A stretch of DNA of 63,485 nt, the filler included, from Basidioascus undulatus (Eukaryota), in NCBI GenBank assembly GCA_000826855.1. It is 11 parts of 11 records of this genome, joined end to end, with 100 filler letters (N's around TTAATTAATTAA, not from the genome) between each part and the next. Parts side by side here need not be neighbours in the genome. Positions count along the whole stretch, not along the records: positions 55,891 to 59,638 come from JTLS01002327.1; positions 59,739 to 63,485 come from JTLS01002328.1; 9 more parts are not named here. The stretch is one strand, 5' to 3'. Both the position numbers and the translations under genes were made by a program. The notes under the pieces were generated by a model. The model was not told the origin of the DNA. It saw nothing but the letters and a program-made list of their open reading frames with translations, and searched no databases. Every line of letters starts with the position of its first letter. Position 1 is the stretch's first letter. This document shows positions 56,449-63,485 of this stretch, piece by piece.

Positions 56449-59400
56449 TCACTGCTGGTACCCTCCGCCGTACGGGTACCCGCCCGCCTGCGCAGCCTGC
56501 TGGTACGCCTGGAAGAGCTGGGCGTTGAGGTGCACGGGCGGGGCGACGACGCCCTGAGCGTGCGTCGGCGCGGGCGAGTACGCCGCCGCGGCGTGAACGG
56601 CCTGCGGAGAGTAGTTGCTGCTGCCGTAGTCACGTGGCGCACGAGCTGAAGGAAGGGACACGACACATGAGCTCGCTACGTTCGAAGTCGCGGTCAGAAA
56701 ACGCAACGCACAGTTAGGACCGCCACCGCGGCGGCTGTTGCCTCGGGACAGACGCGAGCTGTACGTGCCTGCCCGTTTGCCAATCACCCATATCAGCAAG
56801 CGCCACCTCAAAAGGTAATCCTCTCAAAGCCACGCACCGTCCTGCGGCATCGCCTGCCTGTACTGGCTCTGTCCCAGGGGGTCCATCGAGGGGGGCACCC
56901 CAGCGGGGAGCATTCCCGCGCGCATCGCGTGTGCGAGCTCCGGCGTCGTGCCGCCGTTGAGCGTGGCGGCCTGCATCTGGAGCTGCATGGACGCCATCAG
57001 GCTCGCGAGGTTTGCATCCTGCGCGCCGGGCGCAGGCGGGACGCCGTACCCCGTCACCGTGGCGTTAGCGAGGCTGGGGATGACCGCGGGCGAGGCGCCG
57101 CCGCCCTGCGGGGCCGTGACGGGCAGGGCCGACACGGGGAGGCCGACCTCCTCGAGCAGGCGACGGTACGCCGCGACGGACGTGACCTTGAAGTTTGTGA
57201 GGACGCGCTTGATCGCGTCCGCGTAGCCGGCGCGCTGCGTCGGGTCGAGGTACGGGCTCGAGAGGAGCTTCTGGACGACGCCGACGCCGTGGATCTGGTC
57301 GTTGAGCGCGTCCTCGAGGACCTGGTCGTTCGGCGACTCGAAGATGGCGCGCAGGAGCGTCTGCGACGCCTCCGGCTCCGCGCGCTGGTTCACGATGCGA
57401 AGGACAGTGAGGGAGGCGAGCTTGTGCGTGATCAGGTGCGACGCGTGCGGAGCGAGCCGGGGCGCGAGGAGGCCGTACCGCCCGGGGAGGCCGGATGTGT
57501 CCAGCAGCCAGGTGAGAAGCAGCGCGCCGTTCGGGTTCGTCGCGAGCGGGATCGAGTTGAGGATGATGGCGGTCGCGATACGTTTCTGCGTGGAATCTCG
57601 CGTCAGTCGCTGTCCCGCCCTTTTCACTCTCCTGCAATGCAACTCACCTGCTGGCGCGGCAGAATGTGCGAGCTCTCGAGGATAGCGCGCATGCTACGCG
57701 CGCCGAATCGGCCCTGCGCAACGTCCCATATCCGGTCGACCATGGCGTCGAAGATGAACTCGTTCGCAAGCCCGCCGAAACGGAGGCAGCACCTGTGAAC
57801 CAGAGTCAGGCAACAGTCCAGCACGGCTGATTCCCTACTCTTGTCAACGTACTGCGTGACATAGTTGCCGAATTCTACAACCCAAAGCAGGTCAGCACCA
57901 TAGTAGACGGAAGCCACGCCGGAAATTGACACGTACGGTCAAGCAAGAGAGGTGGAGTGTACGGCCGAAGGTGCTGCGTGATGAGCGCGACCTCATCCGG
58001 CGTCGTCGCGCAGTCGATGATCTTCTGCGCCGCCCAAGTGCCATTCTGTGACCGCGACCCACCCACCCAGGATCAGCTCCCCGCCCACAACCCCACACCC
58101 GCGCCGTTCGGTCAGCGCACCTTGTGGCACCCGATCATCGCCAAATGCGGTGCCAGCTTCTCCAGCATAGCAATCTTGACTCTGCCCCACCAGCAACCTT
58201 CATCAGCGACCCCACGTCCCTCCCGCGTCTCTCTCCAAACCGCCCACTCACCCAGTCGAGCACCTCTCAAACTGCTTCTGGACAATCGTGTTCCCGATGT
58301 AGTCGCTCGCGAGGTCCACGATGTCGTCCAAGCAGTCCTGCGCGAGCGCGTCGACCTCGTCGACGGCGCACGTGGGCGCGTCAAGGCGCTTGCGGATCTC
58401 GCGCAGCTTGGAGGCATCGAAGCGGCGCTGCGCGCCCCGGTCCGCGACCGCAGGGATCGTGCTGTAGTACGTCGCGGGCGGGCGGATTTCTAGAGTAGCG
58501 CACAAATCTTCCGGTGAGCTTTTCGATGATGGAATGGGAGATGCTGGGCGGATCTGGCCGCGACGTACCAGATACGGACCGCACATCAACCTCAAGATCG
58601 GGGCTGCCCTCGCTCAGGATGTGCATGATCAGCTGCAGATCGCTGTTCCCCGCAAGCCGAGTCAGTTCCTACCTCACCTTCCACGCCAACCAGCCAAAGA
58701 AACAACGCACTTGACCGACGGCCTCTGCGCCTCACCCACTTCCAGCACGCCCTCGTGCGCGCCCACTCCCGCGAGCCCCAGAACAAGGTTCGAGCGGTAG
58801 TTCTCGACCTGGCCACCGAGGACCTGCTGCTCGACGGGCACGCCCGCGGCCGCGGTGCCCTGGATCGCGCGGAGCGCGTTGACCGTCGCGGGGGAGGAGA
58901 CGCCCGCGGCGGCGGCGTAGTCGTCTGCGGCCCCAGCGGTGGGCCGGACGGGCACCTTGGCGAAGCCGACGCGCACCGCACCCGTCTCTGAGCCGAGGAT
59001 CTCGCGCCCGTTGAGCGCCTTGCGGGCGCGCACGGCGTCGTCGAGGCGCTCGAAGTTGACTGTAAGTGACGGGGTGGACACGCTGTTTAGCTGGGAAAGA
59101 GAGGGATGGCGCTGAGGTGGGGATACGCACCGAAGCCGCAGTTCTTGTGCGTCAGGACGCGCGCCGACTCGATCGGGCCGTACCTACCCATTGCCCACGG
59201 CTCAGTATCTCATGTCCCACCTCTCCATCAACTAAACCAAACACGCACGGGCTGAAGATAGTGAGCAGTGTCCCCGGCGTGGTAGTGCTCGGGATGCTTC
59301 CGATCCAGAGCGCCCTAGTGGGCTGCTCCATGGGCCCAAGCCCGCCCTGCGCGGGCGCCGCCGCACCGCTGGGGTCGTACATGCCTGCGGCGCCGTGCGC

Positions 59401-59638
59401 GGGCGCGGGCGGGGCGAGAGGATAGCGACGGGAGGTCGGCGGCCTCGAGCACGCGCTCGATTGGCGCGTGGTCCGCGGTCGTCGCCACGCGGTGGGAGAA
59501 GGTGCAGCGCAGCCCCGAGCCGAGCACGAGCTCCCCGCCGAGCTGCTTCAGGTGGCGCGGGAGATGGGGCGGACCTGGAGGATCGTCTGGGGGTCGGCTA
59601 ATGATGACGGGTGGGAGAAGAGGCTGTCCCAAAGGCGG
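56449..59638 (-). CDS. JSN1: JSN1/PUF2-type RNA-binding protein (RRM + Pumilio repeats), 5' truncated
   Basis: RRM PTRALWIGSIP, YGPIESARVLTHKNCG/FVNFE and VRVGFAKVP. Pumilio repeats ASDYIGNTIVQK, HK/NGTWAAQKII, FGNYVTQ/CCLRFG, QGRFGARSMRAILE, TNPNGALLLTWLL and THKLASLTVLRI. Confidence 0.9.
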
Positions 59639-59738
59639 NNNNNNNNNNNNNNNNNNNNNNNNNNNNNNNNNNNNNNNNNNNNTTAATTAATTAANNNNNN
59701 NNNNNNNNNNNNNNNNNNNNNNNNNNNNNNNNNNNNNN
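59639..59738. other. Artificial contig spacer
   Basis: N44-TTAATTAATTAA-N44. Confidence 0.99.
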
Positions 59739-59994
59739 AGCTTTAATGGCAATGCCATTAACAGATTTATCTAAATTAAGAGGAGTACAATTTAGACCTT
59801 TAAGTAAAATTGCATTCTTTATATTTGTAGCTAATTTCTTAGTATTAATGCAAATAGGTGCAAAACACGTTGAAACTCCATTTATTGAAGTAGGACAAAT
59901 ATCTACTGTATTATATTTTGCACACTTCTTTATTATAGTTCCTGTAGTAAGTATTATAGAAAATAGTTTAGTAGAGTTAGCTACTAAAAAATAA
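59739..59994 (+). CDS. cob: Mitochondrial cytochrome b, 3' end
   Basis: [31 protein letters not shown] and VSIIENSL in AT-rich DNA. Confidence 0.97.
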
Positions 59995-60051
59995 TTAGTA
60001 TATAATAATATTATTATACCTATTATATATAATTAATATTTATAAATTAAA

Positions 60052-60122
60052 GGAGTTTGAGTAGAAGGTTCTGCGTTTCGATTGCAAATCGAAATAAAGG
60101 GATTCGAGTTCCCCGAACTCCT
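60052..60122 (+). tRNA. trnC: Mitochondrial tRNA-Cys(GCA)
   Basis: GGAGTTT/GAACTCC acceptor stem, TTCGA-TTGCAAA-TCGAA anticodon arm (GCA at 60084-60086), GGGA-TTCGAGT-TCCC T-arm. Confidence 0.9.
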
Positions 60123-60399
60123 TAGATAGCTATGTTTATATTTAGAGTATACTATTTTAAATCCTATACTATTAGTTTATATATAATATTAACCTATATA
60201 TTTAGTTAAAATATTAGATATATATATATATTATATATATATATTAAACATAAAAAGTTTCAATGTATAATATTGAGTATATTTATTAAATATTTATATA
60301 TATAGAATAAAAACTGCAGGTTGTTAATTACAATTAATATTAATATAAATATAAATATTCTATTGATATATATTGTTATAATAAATAATAAATAAATAA

Positions 60400-61455
60400 A
60401 TGATAAGTATAATTTCTATTATTGAAGGGCTATTATTAATAGTACCTGCTTTACTTTCAGTTGCATTTGTAACTATAGCCGAACGTAAAACTATGGCTTC
60501 TATGCAAAGAAGATTAGGTCCAAATGCAGTAGGTTATTATGGTTTACTACAAGCATTTGCTGATGCTTTAAAATTATTATTAAAAGAGTATGTAGCTCCT
60601 ACACAAGCTAATATTATATTATTTTTTATAGGACCTATGATAACTTTAATCTTTTCTTTATTAGGTTATTTAGTTGTACCATTTGATAGTGGAATTTTTG
60701 TATCTGATTATAGTTTAGGTATGCTTTATATGTTAGCTGTATCATCTTTAGCTACATATGGTATATTATTAGCAGGTTGATCTGCTAATTCTAAATATGC
60801 TTTTTTAGGTTCATTAAGAAGTACAGCTCAGTTAATTAGTTATGAGTTAATATTAAGTTCTGTAATTATATTAATTATCTTATTAACTGGTAATTTAAAT
60901 ATTATTACTATTGTAGAATCACAAAGAATAGTTGATTTCATATTACCATTATTTCCTTTATTTATTATATTTTTTATAGGTTCTATAGCAGAAACTAATA
61001 GAGCTCCTTTTGATTTAGCTGAAGCTGAATCAGAACTTGTTAGTGGTTTTATGACAGAACATTCAGCTAGTGTATTTGTATTTTTTTTCTTAGCTGAATA
61101 TGCTAGTATTATATTAATTTGTGTTTTAAATAGTATTTTATTTTTTGGTGGTTATTTATGTATTATACCTGTTGAATTTATAATAGATATATTATATAAT
61201 ATATTTGGTATAAATAGTTCTATATTACAAGATATTTTTGTTAATATTTCTTCATCTCCTTTAAATTTAGCTTTTAAAACTGCTTTATTAATATTTGTAT
61301 TTATTTGAGTTAGAGCATCTTTCCCTAGAATTCGTTTTGATCAATTAATGTCAGTTTGTTGAACTGTATTATTACCTTTAATTATAGCATATGTTGTTTT
61401 AATACCTTGTGTTGTATTTGGTTTAGATGCTTTACCTACAAGTTTAATACTTTAA
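60400..61455 (+). CDS. nad1: NADH dehydrogenase subunit 1, intronless, genetic code 4
   Basis: AERKTMASMQRRLGPN, LLQAFADALKL and AETNRAPFDLAEAESELVSG. Continuous frame with TGA=Trp at 60778, 61306 and 61360; TAA at 61453-61455. Confidence 0.97.
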
Positions 61456-61700
61456 TTTAATATTTATTATTAATTTAGCTTACTTTTAGTAATTTATATT
61501 TAATTATATAATCATATATAAATTTATTATGTAACTTATAAATTACAATATAGTATGTATGTATGTATTATAAAAAAATAATAATAAATTATAATATAGT
61601 ATTAACTAATATATACTTAAGCTTTATAGCATATATAAGGTGTAACAAAAACAAATTAATGTTTTTTTAGCAGAAAGTATATATATATTAAAAATTAAAT

Positions 61701-63167
61701 ATGTCCTTATTATTATTATTAATTCCATTAATAGGTATAAGTCTTGTAACAATAGAGACTAATTATGGTTTAACTATAGTAAATAATATTAAGATAAAAT
61801 CTATAGCCTTAACTACAACAATAATAAATTTAATTGTATCATTGATAATGTTTATACTTTTTGATTTTAGTAGTAAACAATTTCAGTTTATTGAAGAACA
61901 TTATCAAGTAAGTTATTTTGATGTATATTTAGGTGTGGATGGTTTATCTATATATTTTATATTATTAACAACTATAATAATGCCTGTAGCTATTTTATCT
62001 AATTGAAATTCAATACAATCTCAAAATGTTTTATCATTTGTAGTAATTATGTTATTATTAGAAACATTATTATTAGCTGTATTCTTAGTTTTAGATGTAT
62101 TATTATTCTATATCTTTTTTGAAAGTATATTACCTCCTTTATTTTTATTAATTGGATTATTTGGTTCAAGTAATAAAGTAAGAGCTAGTTTCTATTTATT
62201 TTTATACACTTTATTAGGATCATTGTTTATGTTATTATCTATAATAGTTATGTCTTCTATTATGGGTACTACTGATTTTGATGCATTATCTAAAGCAAAC
62301 TTTAGTTATGTAACTCAATTATTTTTATTTTATGGTATATTTATAGCTTTTGCTGTAAAAACACCAGTTATTTTTTTAAATACTTGATTACTAAAAGCTC
62401 ACGTTGAATCACCATTATCTGGTAGTATTATATTAGCAGGTATAGTTTTAAAATTAAGTTTATATGGTATATTTAGATTAATGTTACCTTTATTACCTAA
62501 AGCTTCTTTAAACTTTACATATATAATTTATGTTATAGGTGTAATAACTATAATCTATGCTAGTTTTAGTACATTAAGAACTATAGATATTAAAGAATTA
62601 ATTGCTTACTCTTCTGTATCTCACGCAGCTGTATATTTAATAGGTGCGTTTAGTAATACAATACAAGGTATAGAAGGTGCAATAGTTTTAGGTTTAGCTC
62701 ACGGTTTTGTATCACCAGCATTATTTATTTGTGCTGGAGGTATTTTATACGATAGATCTTCTACTAGATTAATTACATATTATAGAGGTATGGCTCAAAT
62801 TATGCCTATATTCTCTATATTATTCTTTATATTATGTTTAGGTAATAGTGGTACACCTTTAACTTTTAATTTTATAGGTGAATTTATGTCATTATATGGT
62901 GCATTTGAAAGAATGCCTATATTAGGTATACTAGCTAGTACTTCTATTGTATTATCTGCAGCTTATACTATATTTATGTATAATAGAATAGCTTTTGGTG
63001 GTTCTTATTCTGTATATTTTGTAGAAAATATAGGTGATGTTACTAGAAGAGAGTTTATATTATTATTAGTATTTGTAATATTTACAGTATTATTTGGTAT
63101 ATATCCTGCTCCTATATTAGATGGTTTACATTACTCTGTTTCTTCTTTAATTTATAATATAAATTAA
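61701..63167 (+). CDS. nad4: NADH dehydrogenase subunit 4, intronless, genetic code 4
   Basis: LGVDGLS, FFESILPP, WLLKAHVESP, DIKELIAYSSVSH and AHGFVS. The three track ORFs join through TGA=Trp. Confidence 0.97.
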
Positions 63168-63245
63168 TATAATAAATATAATTTATTTATTTTAATAACA
63201 TTTATTGTTTTGTTTTATTATAATCAATAACTATGTTTATTTATC

Positions 63246-63316
63246 TTCTTACTAGCTCAATGGCAGAGCCGAATACTTCTAATATTTTGATCCAAGTTCG
63301 ACCCTTGGGTAAGAAT
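63246..63316 (+). tRNA. trnR: Mitochondrial tRNA-Arg(TCT)
   Basis: TTCTTAC/GTAAGAA acceptor stem, anticodon TCT at 63278-63280, CCAAG-TTCGACC-CTTGG T-arm. Confidence 0.93.
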
Positions 63317-63349
63317 TGTAATAATATTATTATTAATATTATTATTTTA

Positions 63350-63420
63350 GCCTTTATAGCTCAATGGTAGAGCGAGATACTGTTAATATTTTGATAGATG
63401 TTCGATTCATCTTAAGGGCT
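63350..63420 (+). tRNA. trnN: Mitochondrial tRNA-Asn(GTT)
   Basis: GCCTTTA/TAAGGGC acceptor stem, anticodon GTT at 63382-63384, AGATG-TTCGATT-CATCT T-arm. Confidence 0.93.
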
Positions 63421-63485
63421 TATTTTTACTTTACCTTATAATCTAAAAAAAAAATCAAGATATATTAAGAAAATATCCATATAAT

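Noticed and set aside
60778..62387. Premature stops or pseudogenisation of nad1 and nad4
   Set aside because: The breaks are TGA codons at Trp positions, normal for mould mitochondrial code 4.

Overview
This window is not one locus. It joins 11 unrelated contigs with 100-nt artificial spacers (44 N + TTAATTAATTAA + 44 N), so gene neighbourhoods across spacers mean nothing. Ten contigs are GC-rich, very intron-rich fungal nuclear DNA, most likely basidiomycete (inferred from splice-signal style and protein motifs). Recognisable genes include RAD16, VFA1, SFA1, an MFS transporter, RPC1, a BOD1/SHG1-like gene, tRNA-Lys, a GST, a secreted cupredoxin, RNase H2B, ELP6, heme oxygenase, an LDAH-like hydrolase, an LYR protein and partial PPS1, JSN1/PUF2, FYVE, RSC1/2-like and Na/Ca-exchanger genes, plus several decayed genes. 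The last contig is AT-rich mitochondrial DNA (cob-trnC-nad1-nad4-trnR-trnN, TGA=Trp) that looks Aspergillus/Penicillium-like and so probably comes from a different organism. I found no CRISPR array, intact mobile element or clearly new multi-gene system. The best leads are the mitochondrial/nuclear mismatch, a tail-less type-1 copper protein, a Cys-rich toxin/effector-like C-terminus, microexons, a GC-AG intron and frequent pseudogenes. Exon structures were traced by eye and family calls come from remembered motifs, not database searches.
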